From a virus (lineage: Duplodnaviria; Heunggongvirae; Uroviricota; Caudoviricetes): DNA of 64,000 bases. Made by a program: the position numbers and the translations under genes. The DNA lies in the IMG/VR virus record IMGVR_UViG_3300023174_000034; one strand, given 5' to 3'. The notes under the pieces are model-generated. The model made no database searches. It saw only the letters and a program-made list of their open reading frames with translations, and had not been told where the DNA came from. This document shows positions 11,322-22,000 of this stretch, in pieces (within the stretch, counting starts at the first letter, position 1; each line of letters starts with the position of its first letter).

Positions 11322-12715
11322 TGGCCTTCCCTGTATAACCCTTCGTAGCTCTTGACCCACTCACTGCCTGTCCATTTCAGCTGGACACCAGTTGCGGTAT
11401 TGGTTAGATATTTAATGCTAGTGATTGTTTGACTGGCAAATACCACTGTCCAGCGTGTGCCATCGTATTGTACTATATCATTGGCCTTGGCCACAAGAGG
11501 AAAACCATTGGGATTCCATGCTTTGGAGAAATCTGTATTTTCTATAGAGTCTATATCATCAAGTATCAGGAATCGCGTGCCGGCCAATGCAATGTAGTTG
11601 CCGTTGTTGTTGTATAACAAATCAATTACTGTGTTCTTGTGTGGATCAATCACAGCATCCACTGGACTTATGGTGTTGACTGGGGTGGTGTCGCTGATTG
11701 TGCTGAATAACAGTTTTGTATCATCGGTTGGATCATATGCCACAGTACCAACAATTTCGGCACCATCTTCCATTTCTAAACGTAGTTGGCTGGTACCATT
11801 TTGTAAAACGCCGTACTCATTGATCAAACTACGCCATACATCTTTGCCCTGCTCGTATAGTTCCACATCCGGAGAGCTGATGTCATTGCTCTTGACTGCC
11901 TCTTGATATTTGAGCAAACTAATTTTATTACCAATCAACACCACACCGTAGTTCATGATGGTTAAACTGCGTCGAATCAACAGCTTACCTGGATCAAAAA
12001 TGTTCTTGTCAATGTTACCATCTCCGTCGTACACGCTGGCAACAATACGTTGTATAACACCCATTTGCGTGATCTTGGCCGGCGGACTGATCCAAATTGG
12101 TAGCTCAAATGTTAGACTAGCAATGTCAATTGGATCCTCTGTGCCAACAGGCACACTACGACTGCTCCAGGTCATGTCTGTTAGTAACACAGCACTCAAG
12201 CTGGTCCAATCAACATAGTTGTCTGTGCTTTGTATTTCCAAGCTAGGATTAAACAGTGTAACAATCTGTTCAATCAGTTGCATCTTTTGCTCTGTATTGC
12301 TGGTCCAAATATCTAGTTTAAGAGTCAACAAGTATGGCACAGGCATCAGACGCTCAACAGTATACGTGTCACCTTGCTCGTGTGTTTGCATGCCAGTGGT
12401 TGGGTCATACAGGCGTTCACGAATGTTTACCTTGCCAACAAACGTAGGATCTTGCATACGTTGACGATCGTACTGCATGGCAGAAATATAAAACGCCATT
12501 GCAGGCACACTTTGCAAACTATTTTCGCTGTTGTTGTTAAGGATAGCGGCGGCCTGTCTGCTGGCGTCACCGTAAAATACCGGAACAGTTTGCAATGCCA
12601 ACTGCCCGGTGGCAGTATCAGTCTTACTGAACTGAACTTGAAAGTTACTGACCATACGACTAAACTGTAATAGGAAGCGGCGTATTTGTTGATCGTAGAA
12701 AAATTGAACAGCCAT
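11303..12715 (-). CDS. T4 gp15-like tail sheath stabiliser/terminator with C-terminal extension
   Basis: FFYDQQIRRFLLQF N-terminus, VPVFYG, PVPY.L...L.IW, QLIEQI...FNP. Confidence 0.7.
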   Translation of the reverse strand: MAVQFFYDQQIRRFLLQFSRMVSNFQVQFSKTDTATGQLALQTVPVFYGDASRQAAAILNNNSENSLQSVPAMAFYISAMQYDRQRMQDPTFVGKVNIRERLYDPTTGMQTHEQGDTYTVERLMPVPYLLTLKLDIWTSNTEQKMQLIEQIVTLFNPSLEIQSTDNYVDWTSLSAVLLTDMTWSSRSVPVGTEDPIDIASLTFELPIWISPPAKITQMGVIQRIVASVYDGDGNIDKNIFDPGKLLIRRSLTIMNYGVVLIGNKISLLKYQEAVKSNDISSPDVELYEQGKDVWRSLINEYGVLQNGTSQLRLEMEDGAEIVGTVAYDPTDDTKLLFSTISDTTPVNTISPVDAVIDPHKNTVIDLLYNNNGNYIALAGTRFLILDDIDSIENTDFSKAWNPNGFPLVAKANDIVQYDGTRWTVVFASQTITSIKYLTNTATGVQLKWTGSEWVKSYEGLYREGQWRLVL

Positions 12716-13905
12716 TAGTTGTCAGCCCTTAATGCTTTACTTAGACCTGTGCGCGAAGACACATTGCCTTGTGTGGTAGTGATGTTGCCTGTGTTATTTA
12801 CAAAAGTACTTAATTGTGTGTTATTGTCCACAGCACCTGGAGTCAAGTTAGTGCGTACACTGTCCTCGACCTTGACCCAACGACGACCATCGTAACGGAA
12901 CAAACGATTTGGCACATAGTCCAAGCGTAGGAAATAATCACCTGCTACTGATCCTAGTGGATACGCAATGCCCATGCCTACGTCTAATCCATTAGGAGCA
13001 AGTCCGTCGCCTGTCAAGTAACCTTGTATCTTTTTAGTAGGGGCAGCAATGCCGCCATCCGCTGTCAAGGTATCCGTAGCAACTGTTACATCGTCGGCAA
13101 CATTGGTACCATTGGGATCAGCAAGTGATCCGTCAGTGTTCAGTGGCACAGTATAAAACTTGCTGGTATCGTATCCAGATTTAGGAACTTCAATCTCGGC
13201 TTGTGCAATAACAGCTTCATTGATATCCAGGTATTTTTGGTAGGTACTGACAATAGATCCAATGCTTGGATTATCAGCACTTCCCACATTGCCTGCAAAC
13301 GGATCAGGGTTGGCACCCAACTTGTCCAGGATATCTTTGTATTCTTGACTGTCCACCAAGGGTTGCAATTTGCAACGCCATAAATGTGGGTACCATGTGG
13401 CACTGAACCCTTCTGCGGCACGAGTTGCTTCAGTAATGGTGTAAAATCTTTGTAATGCAAATGGCACGCTGTCATCCAATGAATCGTAGTCACGTAGGTG
13501 CATGAGTTCAACTACATCGCCGGCAACAATTTTTCGACCCAACAACTGTATCATGTCATTCAAATGAAACGTCATGAATGTTGTGCCCTGGGCTAGGAAA
13601 ATACCAAATTGACGCAAGTCAAAATCTTGGTCTGCTACCTGGTAGATGCCACGCATGGAATACACATCAGTATCGTACTTGCGATCACGGTTTTCTAAAA
13701 ACAACAAGTCTTGGATGTTCATCTCACTTTGGTTTTGGTATGCAGGCTTGGTAGCATCCGTACCATCATTTGCACTTGTATCCACGCCCAGGTACTTATG
13801 GACCAAAACACCAGTTCCGCCAATGGTGAACATTTCGCTTATACGTCGATCGATAAACTTATAGTCGCTACCGTGTTTTTCACGCCATAAACTCAAACGG
13901 GGCAT
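12715..13905 (-). CDS. T4 gp14-like neck/head-closure protein
   Basis: Adjacent to the gp15-like gene; L.QFGIFL and GDVVEL motifs; TAAATA on the minus strand at 13925-13930. Confidence 0.55.
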   Translation of the reverse strand: MPRLSLWREKHGSDYKFIDRRISEMFTIGGTGVLVHKYLGVDTSANDGTDATKPAYQNQSEMNIQDLLFLENRDRKYDTDVYSMRGIYQVADQDFDLRQFGIFLAQGTTFMTFHLNDMIQLLGRKIVAGDVVELMHLRDYDSLDDSVPFALQRFYTITEATRAAEGFSATWYPHLWRCKLQPLVDSQEYKDILDKLGANPDPFAGNVGSADNPSIGSIVSTYQKYLDINEAVIAQAEIEVPKSGYDTSKFYTVPLNTDGSLADPNGTNVADDVTVATDTLTADGGIAAPTKKIQGYLTGDGLAPNGLDVGMGIAYPLGSVAGDYFLRLDYVPNRLFRYDGRRWVKVEDSVRTNLTPGAVDNNTQLSTFVNNTGNITTTQGNVSSRTGLSKALRADN

Positions 13906-13936
13906 TTTTGGATCCTCTTTGCAGTATTTACCTAGA

Positions 13937-13965
13937 TTGACAGACTGCCCAAACGGTGCTATAAT
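13937..13965 (+). promoter_or_regulatory. sigma70-type early promoter
   Basis: TTGACA-17-TATAAT; ATG 6 nt downstream, so probably leaderless. Confidence 0.85.
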
Positions 13966-13971
13966 ACTCCT

Positions 13972-14241
13972 ATGCGTATAAAAACTTCCTTAGACTGGGC
14001 ACCTGTTAGTTCAGAGTTGCGTGACCAAATGCAAGTAGCGCCAACCAATTGCCGAAAAGATCTAGCCCGAATGATAGGCGGCGTCGAAAATCTAGTGCAT
14101 AAGCTGGGCAGTGAAGAAGTTGAGCTGAGACGCAACCGAAAAGAATCAAGCCTGCGGCAACAAGAGTTGCTGGCTCGTATAAACCAAAGTATTATAGAGT
14201 ACGAAAAATGGCTAATGTTAGCCCATTTACAACACGGTTGA
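13972..14241 (+). CDS. Hypothetical early protein
   Basis: 89-aa ORF directly behind a consensus promoter. Confidence 0.7.
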   Translation: MRIKTSLDWAPVSSELRDQMQVAPTNCRKDLARMIGGVENLVHKLGSEEVELRRNRKESSLRQQELLARINQSIIEYEKWLMLAHLQHG

Positions 14242-14266
14242 CAGCTTGTCCGTTTTATTGTATAAT
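14238..14266 (+). promoter_or_regulatory. sigma70-type early promoter
   Basis: TTGACA-17-TATAAT. Confidence 0.85.
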
Positions 14267-14297
14267 TACTAGGTAATCAATAATCCAAGGAGCAAAC

Positions 14298-15530
14298 ATG
14301 GCCACAAAAACACCCGCAAAATCTGCACCTAAAAAAGCCAACACAGGCAAAACAGTTGCAGGCGTTAAAATTGCCAAAAAGAAAGTGACTGTACGCAGGG
14401 CGCACCTTGCAGATGAAAAGTACACAGGCGGTGAGCCACAGTGGGACACAGAACGAGCACTTGCAATGAGTGACGCTGATTTTGATCACAACCTGCGCCG
14501 TAGTTTCTATTACTACAACTATCACTTCTCAGTCAAAGATTTGAAGCCGGACTTTATTTCTTGGCTCCAAGAGCAAAAACACTTTGTGGTCACTAAATCC
14601 GATCTCAGCAAGGTTATCAAAAGCCGTTGGGTTCCTATCACAGCATGTAGCATCATTGCCGCACATGGCAAGGGCATGCCACTCAAGCCTCGTGCATTGC
14701 AGTATCTTGAAACAGCCACTCGTGATGTGGTTGAAAAATACACTGAGTACAACGAGGAAGATGATCAGCCTGTTGTGGCAGAAGACAAGCCCATTGTTAG
14801 ACAGCCTACTATCCAGGATCGGCTCAACGAAAAAACGTCAGCCACCATTGGTGAGCTAGAAGGTTACTTTGACGATGCAGTAACCAACGCTGGCACAGGC
14901 TTCAAGCCCTACGACTTCTTGGTTGCACAAAACGTTCCACAAGGACAGCTAGGTAAAATTGAAACGGCATTTGTAAAGACTCGTGCTGAATTTGAGTCAG
15001 CTCAAGCTCGGGAAGATGAGCAGTTGGTTGAAGGATACAAACACTTCAAAGCCGCTGACTACAAACGCATCTATGCTTGGTTTGATGAGTTGCAAAAAGC
15101 AGTGGATCAGTATCGTGGCGTGAAGAAAGCCACTAAGAAAGCTAGAGTTAAAAAGAGTCCAACCAAAGAAAAATTGGTTGCCAAGCTCAAGTACCTCAAG
15201 CAGGATCCTGCGTCCAAATTGATGAGTATAAACCCGCAGGATATTGTGGGTGCAACAGAGCTTTGGGTGTACAACACAAAAACACGTAAATTGGGCAAGT
15301 ATGTTCCGGGTGCGTACAAAACTGGATTGAGCGTGAAAGGCACAAGTATTCTGGACTTTGACGAAAGTAAAAGTGTGCAAAAAACACTTCGCAAGCCCGA
15401 ACAGCAACTGGCTGAGTTTATGAAAACAACCAAAGTGCAAATACGCAAGCACATGGAAAGTATCAAAACAACAGAAACCAAATTAAACGGACGTTGCAAT
15501 GAGGATACATTGTTGTTGCGTGTACTGTAA
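14298..15530 (+). CDS. Hypothetical basic early protein
   Basis: AAGGAG RBS; 410-aa Lys-rich ORF. Confidence 0.8.
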   Translation: MATKTPAKSAPKKANTGKTVAGVKIAKKKVTVRRAHLADEKYTGGEPQWDTERALAMSDADFDHNLRRSFYYYNYHFSVKDLKPDFISWLQEQKHFVVTKSDLSKVIKSRWVPITACSIIAAHGKGMPLKPRALQYLETATRDVVEKYTEYNEEDDQPVVAEDKPIVRQPTIQDRLNEKTSATIGELEGYFDDAVTNAGTGFKPYDFLVAQNVPQGQLGKIETAFVKTRAEFESAQAREDEQLVEGYKHFKAADYKRIYAWFDELQKAVDQYRGVKKATKKARVKKSPTKEKLVAKLKYLKQDPASKLMSINPQDIVGATELWVYNTKTRKLGKYVPGAYKTGLSVKGTSILDFDESKSVQKTLRKPEQQLAEFMKTTKVQIRKHMESIKTTETKLNGRCNEDTLLLRVL

Positions 15531-15544
15531 CAGACCCTAGTCCG

Positions 15545-15581
15545 ATCCCCGTGTGCTAAATACAGCAACGGGGATTTTTTT
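15545..15581 (+). terminator. Intrinsic terminator with a late-promoter motif in its loop
   Basis: ATCCCCGT-GTGCT/AGCA-ACGGGGAT stem plus T-run; TAAATA at 15557-15562. Confidence 0.7.
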
Positions 15582-16715
15582 ATGGCCACACTCAAGCCAG
15601 GGTTAAACAACAGGCAAGCAATCACAGTAGACAGCTTAGGCGGTCCGGGCCCAATTGCCTACGACGAAGATGTTGTTGATTCCAATGCCAAAAAACGAAA
15701 AGATATCCAAGACTATATTCGCCTACGACTAGGTGATGGCATGGTTGATGTTGAACTAGATCCTGCCCACTATCATGTGGCAATTGATAATGCACTAAAT
15801 CGATATCGTCAACGTGCAGGCAGTGCAGAAGAAGAAAGCTATGCGTTTCTTGAACTACTGCCCGAAACCCAAGAATACATATTGCCAAGTGAAATCATGA
15901 CTGTTAGGCAAGTGTTCCGCAGAGGTATTGGTAGTGTGACAGGCACAACAGCAAGCCAATTTGAACCATTTGCCAGCGGATACCTCAACACCTATATGTT
16001 ACAAGCAGGCCGAGTTGGTGGACTAGCCAACTACGAATTGTTTGCTTCTTACCAGAAACTGGCAATGACCATGTTTGGTGGGTACCTTAATTTTACATTC
16101 AATCCAGTGAGCAAAAGATTGGTCTTGGTCAGAAAAGTGCCCGATGCCGGTCACAGTTACAAACGTATGCAAAGTCTAAGTGCGTCAGGATTGGCCGCAG
16201 GCAGTACAATTACATTCACCTTGAGTGATCCATGGGATGCAGTTGTACCTGGTAGTTCTGTCAGCATTATCAATTGCCCCACCGCTGGCTACAACAATTA
16301 CTACACACTATTGACCAAGAGCAATGACGGTAGGACTTTTACTATGTTATCAGCTGGTACCCTTGGCGCCACAAGTGTAACAGGATTTGAACTGTCCAAG
16401 TGTAACATTTATAGTGCAGGCAATGATGATCCTGCTGAAACAGTATTGTTATGGCTTTATAACAAAAAACCAGACAGCATGTTGTTCAATGATGACAGGA
16501 TATATCCGTGGTTGCAGGACTATGCCTTGGCACTGGCCAAAGAAATGTTGGGCCAGGCACGTGAAAAGTTTGCACAAATTGCAGGCCCACAAGGTGGCAC
16601 ACAACTGAATGGTGCCGCACTCAAATCAGAGGCCAAGGCTGAAATGGAAGCACTTGAAGAAGAGCTCAAACGATTCATTGATGGTAGCCAGCCTTATACT
16701 TGGATTACAGGATAG
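15582..16715 (+). CDS. T4 gp13-like neck protein
   Basis: YIRLRLG...VDVEL, WLQDYALALAK..LGQAR.KF, GG..LNG..L motifs. Confidence 0.8.
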   Translation: MATLKPGLNNRQAITVDSLGGPGPIAYDEDVVDSNAKKRKDIQDYIRLRLGDGMVDVELDPAHYHVAIDNALNRYRQRAGSAEEESYAFLELLPETQEYILPSEIMTVRQVFRRGIGSVTGTTASQFEPFASGYLNTYMLQAGRVGGLANYELFASYQKLAMTMFGGYLNFTFNPVSKRLVLVRKVPDAGHSYKRMQSLSASGLAAGSTITFTLSDPWDAVVPGSSVSIINCPTAGYNNYYTLLTKSNDGRTFTMLSAGTLGATSVTGFELSKCNIYSAGNDDPAETVLLWLYNKKPDSMLFNDDRIYPWLQDYALALAKEMLGQAREKFAQIAGPQGGTQLNGAALKSEAKAEMEALEEELKRFIDGSQPYTWITG

Positions 16716-16719
16716 AAAA

Positions 16720-17532
16720 ATGAAAGTAACTGAAATTGTTGTAGAAGAAAAAGTCCGTCTAGACCCCAAGTGCTGGACAGGCAAAAAAATTGGCAACCCC
16801 AAAACAAAAATGAAGGGTGGAGTACGAGTGAATAACTGTGTGCCCGCTGAGTCAGTAGAAGAAGCTGCCAATGCCGCACAACGAGCCGCTATTGCTGTGA
16901 ACATGAAAAAGGCAGGCAAGAAGCCAAAAAAAGTTGATGAAGGATTTAATCCCGAATACGATGACGAAGCAGGCATGGCAGACAACAACATTGAAACAAT
17001 GAAACGTGCTGTGGATGGACTAGATGGACTGATACACTCTGGCGATAACTTACCTGAGTGGTGCCAAGAAAAGATTGCAGTGGCAAAATCAATGTTGGTC
17101 ACTGTGTGGGACTATATGGCATCCGAAGAAGGCAATGAAGATCCAGAGATTGCAGAAATGTACGAAGCAATGGAAATGTTTGCTGAGGAAGTTGCAACCA
17201 ACACACGAACTAGTGTTGATGCAGTGTGGGAAACATTTGAAGCCATGGATGACCATGCTCTGTTTGAAACAGCGGCCTGGAGACGTAGTGCGGGCAAGAG
17301 CAAAAAGGGCGGCCTCAATGCCAAAGGTGTAGCAAGTTACCGCAGAGAGAACCCAGGTTCAAAACTGCAAATGGCAGTGACTACCAAACCTAGCAAACTC
17401 AAGCCAGGTAGTAAAGCCGCCAAGCGCCGCAAGAGTTTCTGTGCTAGAATGGGCGGAGTAAAAGGACCTATGAAGAAACCCAATGGCAAACCAACTCGCA
17501 AAGCTCTAGCACTAAGAAAATGGAACTGCTAA
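16720..17532 (+). CDS. Modular putative capsid-internal protein
   Basis: MKVTEIVVEE start (moved to ATG 16720); CW.G...VNNCVP, LPEW..EKI and RRKSFCARM...LRKWNC modules. Confidence 0.65.
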   Translation: MKVTEIVVEEKVRLDPKCWTGKKIGNPKTKMKGGVRVNNCVPAESVEEAANAAQRAAIAVNMKKAGKKPKKVDEGFNPEYDDEAGMADNNIETMKRAVDGLDGLIHSGDNLPEWCQEKIAVAKSMLVTVWDYMASEEGNEDPEIAEMYEAMEMFAEEVATNTRTSVDAVWETFEAMDDHALFETAAWRRSAGKSKKGGLNAKGVASYRRENPGSKLQMAVTTKPSKLKPGSKAAKRRKSFCARMGGVKGPMKKPNGKPTRKALALRKWNC

Positions 17533-17910
17533 ATGAAAATTAACGAAATCATCATGGAGATCAAAGCTGGCAAGGTGCCCGATGGCTACAAAGAAGCCAG
17601 CACCGGACTGCATACCTTTGGCGACAGTGAAAAAATGAACTCTGATTATGCACACTATCGCCTGGGTCTAGCACTGGCCTGTTCTGACGGTAAAGGCAAA
17701 ATTGACATGGATCCAAAAACGTTTTATGGCAAAAAACACACAGCACATCCATACACACAAGAAGAATCAGACATGCTAAAGCAAAGCTACAAGATGGTTG
17801 GTGCTAGCCATAGTGATTTGAACAAAGGCAACCTGCGAAGCCAAGAGCCCAAGGACACACACAAAGTTAGCCCGCATCCTGCCAAGAAAAAGAACAAATA
17901 CGGCGTTTGA
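17533..17910 (+). CDS. Hypothetical protein, putative internal head protein
   Basis: MKINEIIME start; abuts the upstream stop. Confidence 0.65.
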   Translation: MKINEIIMEIKAGKVPDGYKEASTGLHTFGDSEKMNSDYAHYRLGLALACSDGKGKIDMDPKTFYGKKHTAHPYTQEESDMLKQSYKMVGASHSDLNKGNLRSQEPKDTHKVSPHPAKKKNKYGV

Positions 17911-17935
17911 CATTTACCATTTAATTGTGTAAACT
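17907..17935 (+). promoter_or_regulatory. sigma70-type promoter
   Basis: TTGACA-17-TAAACT. Confidence 0.65.
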
Positions 17936-17961
17936 AGCCTCTATACACTAGGGGCTTTTTT

Positions 17962-18642
17962 ATGATCATAGGCATTTGCGGTTTCATTGGCAGCGGCAAA
18001 GACACAGCCGCAGACTACTTGGTAGGTTTTCATGGCTTTAGACGCGACAGCTTTGCTGGCACTCTTAAAGATGCCGTAGCGGCAGTGTTCGGCTGGGACC
18101 GAGAACTGATTGAAGGACGCACACCAGAAGCTCGTGCCTGGCGCGAGCAAGTGGACACTTGGTGGGCAGAAAGATTGCAAATGCCACACTTGACGCCTCG
18201 CTGGATTTTACAACACTGGGGTACTGAGGTGTGCCGCCAACACTTCCATGACGATATTTGGATTGCCGCATTGCAGGCACGTCTTGCAAGACGCAGTGAT
18301 CACACTGTGATTAGTGATGTACGTTTTCCAAACGAGATCAAAGCTATCAAAGAACAAGGTGGTAAGATTGTATGGATACAACGTGGTGCATTACCCAGTT
18401 GGCATATTATGGCCGCTAAAGCAAATGCTGGAGATTTGTACGCACAAACCAAACTCAAAGAGCTAGGAGTTCATGCCAGCGAAACCAGCTGGGTTGGCAC
18501 AGACTTTGATGAAGTAATTGATAATAACCGTAGCATCGAAGATCTATACAATCAAATTAAAAATCTGGTACAATCCCCGCAGGCTTCCAAGGAAGACGTG
18601 ATTTCGTTATCATTGGTCGACAGTTTAAGCACACAGTCTTGA
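17962..18642 (+). CDS. Deoxynucleoside monophosphate kinase (T4 gp1-like)
   Basis: P-loop GFIGSGKDT, SFA..LK, PR.ILQ..GTE, VISDVRFPNE, H.SE. Confidence 0.9.
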   Translation: MIIGICGFIGSGKDTAADYLVGFHGFRRDSFAGTLKDAVAAVFGWDRELIEGRTPEARAWREQVDTWWAERLQMPHLTPRWILQHWGTEVCRQHFHDDIWIAALQARLARRSDHTVISDVRFPNEIKAIKEQGGKIVWIQRGALPSWHIMAAKANAGDLYAQTKLKELGVHASETSWVGTDFDEVIDNNRSIEDLYNQIKNLVQSPQASKEDVISLSLVDSLSTQS

Positions 18643-18907
18643 GATTCAATCGATCGTTGTTGTTTAGACTACCATCCACATGGTACACTAACAACTGAGC
18701 TTCTGCTTCAGATTTGAACCCACAGCGATCACATGTGGGTTTTTTTCTATATCCGCTTTGATACCATGCTGGCGGCTTTACTTTGACCTTCTTGCCTTTT
18801 CGGGCACATGATCCACACACATTACGATAGTGGGTCTTTCCGTTGCGTATATAGTTAATAGCAACAGGGTTTTTATTGCACACAGGGCATAGTTTACGTT
18901 CACTCAT
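18557..18907 (-). CDS. Zn-binding HNH-like protein
   Basis: Several CxxC pairs; VYHVDG...NN...NL..VC.NC. Confidence 0.65.
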   Translation of the reverse strand: MSERKLCPVCNKNPVAINYIRNGKTHYRNVCGSCARKGKKVKVKPPAWYQSGYRKKPTCDRCGFKSEAEAQLLVYHVDGSLNNNDRLNLKTVCLNCRPMITKSRLPWKPAGIVPDF

Positions 18908-19007
18908 ACAGCTATTTACTCCAGACCTTTCCAAAGGCACCTGTAACGAGGTTCTTTTGCCAAAACCAAATAAATATCTAAAACGTCATATAAAGGAAAA
19001 AGACGAC

Positions 19008-22000
19008 ATGGCAATCCTAACTTCACCAGGTGTAAGCATCACAGTAACAGACGAAAGTCAGTACGTACCAGCAGGTAACGGCACAGTTCCTCTAATTCTG
19101 TTGGCCACACAAACAAACAAAACCAGTCCTGCAACTGGTACTACCGCGGCCGGTACTACCACTACCAATGCCGGTAAGCTTCTATCATTCACAAGCCAGC
19201 GCGAATTGATCAACTCGCTAGGTTATCCAAGTTTCCGCACCAGCGGCGGCGCATCGTTGCATGGCGACGAGCGTAATGAATATGGTCTACAAGCGGCTTA
19301 TTCAGCACTGGGTTTGGGCAATCAATTGTATGTTATCCGTGCTGATATTGACCTAGATCAATTGACTTCAACTACAGTACGTCCAAAAGGAGAAGTTAGC
19401 AATGGCTTCTTATGGTTGGATCTAGCCAAGACTGATTATGGAGTATTCCAATGGAGCAGTGCCACACAGTCCTACACAAAGATTACTCCTACCATTATCA
19501 CAAGTTCCGGTGATGTTTTGACAGATGCTCTAAACACACCAAAGACCACAGTTGGTCAAGTTGGCACATACGCAGTGGTAGCATATAACGTAAACAATCC
19601 TTTGTTCTACAAAAATGCCAGCAACACATGGGTACCGGTTGGTACAACTGACTGGCAAAAAGCCTGGACAACTGTACAAAGTACATACTCTACCTATGCT
19701 GGTAACGAAGTACTTGCTAACGGTAGCGTAACATTAACAATCAACGGTACTGCAATTTCTATCACTGGCGCCAGCACAAATGCCACTGGAGCAGAAGTTG
19801 TTACTAGCATTAACTCTGCCTTTGCAGCCTCATATGGTGATGGTATTCGCGCAGAAATTGACACCAACGGTCGTTTGGTAATTCGTGCCACCAGTGCCGC
19901 CAAGAGCAATGGCTCAACAGTGGACGGCAAAGTAACTATTACTGCCAGTTCCGGCGCCGCGTCACTTGGCCTAACAGCAGCCACATACTACGCACCAATG
20001 TTGGACTTTGGTTCATATACAGATGTTCCGACATATGCAACTGGCGAAGCTACTCCAGCACCAAGTGGTTCTATCTGGATCAAGACAAGTGCAACTGGCT
20101 CTGGAGCAAGCTGGGCTGTTAAAAAATACAACAGCACAACCGATAGTTGGACCAAACTGGCAGCACCTTTGTATGCCAGCACACAAGAAGCCATTTACGG
20201 CCTAGACAGCCTAAATGGTGGATCAGGAATTGCTGATGGTGCAGTATTTGTTCAGTACAGTTCATTAGATGGTTATCCAGCAACGTTCAAAGTGTTTGAA
20301 CGTAACGGTTCAGGCCAAACTAAAGTAACTGGTGCTGTACCTAGTTCCAACTTTACAGTTGGTCACACATTCACACTAGCAGTATCTGCCGCAGGCAGCA
20401 GTACACTGACAGCTTACACATTCAGTGGTTCTTATGCTGTGGCCGGTACCAGCGTAGACAGCTTTGTTAGTTTGGTTCTTTCACGCAACATTCCAGATGT
20501 TTATGCCGTAAAAGAATCAACTGGTGCAATTAGCTTTATTCATCGTTCAGGCGGCGAGATTGTGTTGATTGACACCACAGTAGGTTCAGGCAATCCAGTT
20601 GCCACAGCAGGTATCACAACCAACACAACCGGTATTGAATACGAGTACGCTGGTACATACACTGGTAGCCTACGTGCCAGCAAGTGGACAGCACTTGGCA
20701 CTGCGCTGACATTCAGCATTGAAACTCCTTACATCGCTCCACCAGCCGGCACATTATGGTACTACGGTAATGCAACTGAAGCTGACGTGATGGTCTGTGG
20801 TAGCAATGGCTGGAAAGGTTATCGTAACGTAACCAGCGATGCACGTGGTTACAACCTAAGCAACTCAGACCCAATGGGTCCAATCTTTAGTCCAACACAA
20901 CCAACACTACAAAGTGACGGCACAAGTTTGGCAGCAGGTGATTTGTGGGTTGACACAGGTGACTTAGAAAACTTTCCATTATTGTATCGTTACAGTGGCA
21001 CTACATGGACAGTGATTGACAAGACTGACAAAGTCAGCCAAAATGGTATCGTATTTGCAGATGCACGATGGGATGCCAGCTTGGATGGCACTGGCGCCAG
21101 TGTCGGCGGCATTGTTGATCCAATCAGTGGTGACTTGCCAGACATTGAAACAATGTTAACAAGCAATTATATCGATCTTGATTGCCCAGATTATCGCTTG
21201 TATCCACGTGGTACATTGCTATGGAACACACGCCGTAACGGCATGAACGTTAAAGAGTATGTGGCTGACAAGTTTACAGCAACCGCTTATCCAGATGCAA
21301 TAGATGATGGTAGTAACATAGTAGGCACAATTCCAACTTATGCAAGTACTTGGAGCAATGCAAGTGGTGTGCAAAGCAATGGCACACCATACCATGGCCA
21401 TAAAGCACAACGTCAAATGGTTGTCAAGGCACTACGCAGTGCAGTTGACAGTAACACAGACGTTCGTGAAGACCAATACAACTTTAATTTGATTGTGTGC
21501 CCTGGTTATCCAGAGTTGATTCCTAACATGGTTTCACTGAACAATGATCGCAATGAAACAGCATTTATCATTGGAGATACACCACTTGACTTGCAACCAA
21601 CTACCACTGCACTAACTGAGTGGAGCAACACAGTCGAAACCAGCGCAAGTGTCTATGCTGGTGTGTACTACCCATCAGGATTGACAAATGATGTAAACGG
21701 CAACGAAATTGTTGTACCACCAAGCCACATGGCATTGCGTACATTCATCTATAGCGATAACATCAGCTATCCTTGGTTTGCACCTGCTGGCACACGCCGC
21801 GGTATTGTTGACAATGCCACAGCAATTGGTTATGTGAACTACACAACTGGTACGTTTGTACGCACTGGTATCACACAAGGCCAGCGTGACTCGCTGTATA
21901 CATTGCGTATCAACCCAATCAGCTTGTTACCAGGTTCTGGCCTAACAGTATACGGTAACAAGACACGTAGCTCAATCGCTCAAAGTACAGACCGTGTGAA

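Noticed and set aside
18876-19007. N-terminal extension of the tail sheath from TTG 18876 (also extended starts at 16609, 25391, 36102, 41635)
   Set aside because: Downstream ATGs fit RBS or late-promoter position and family N-termini better.
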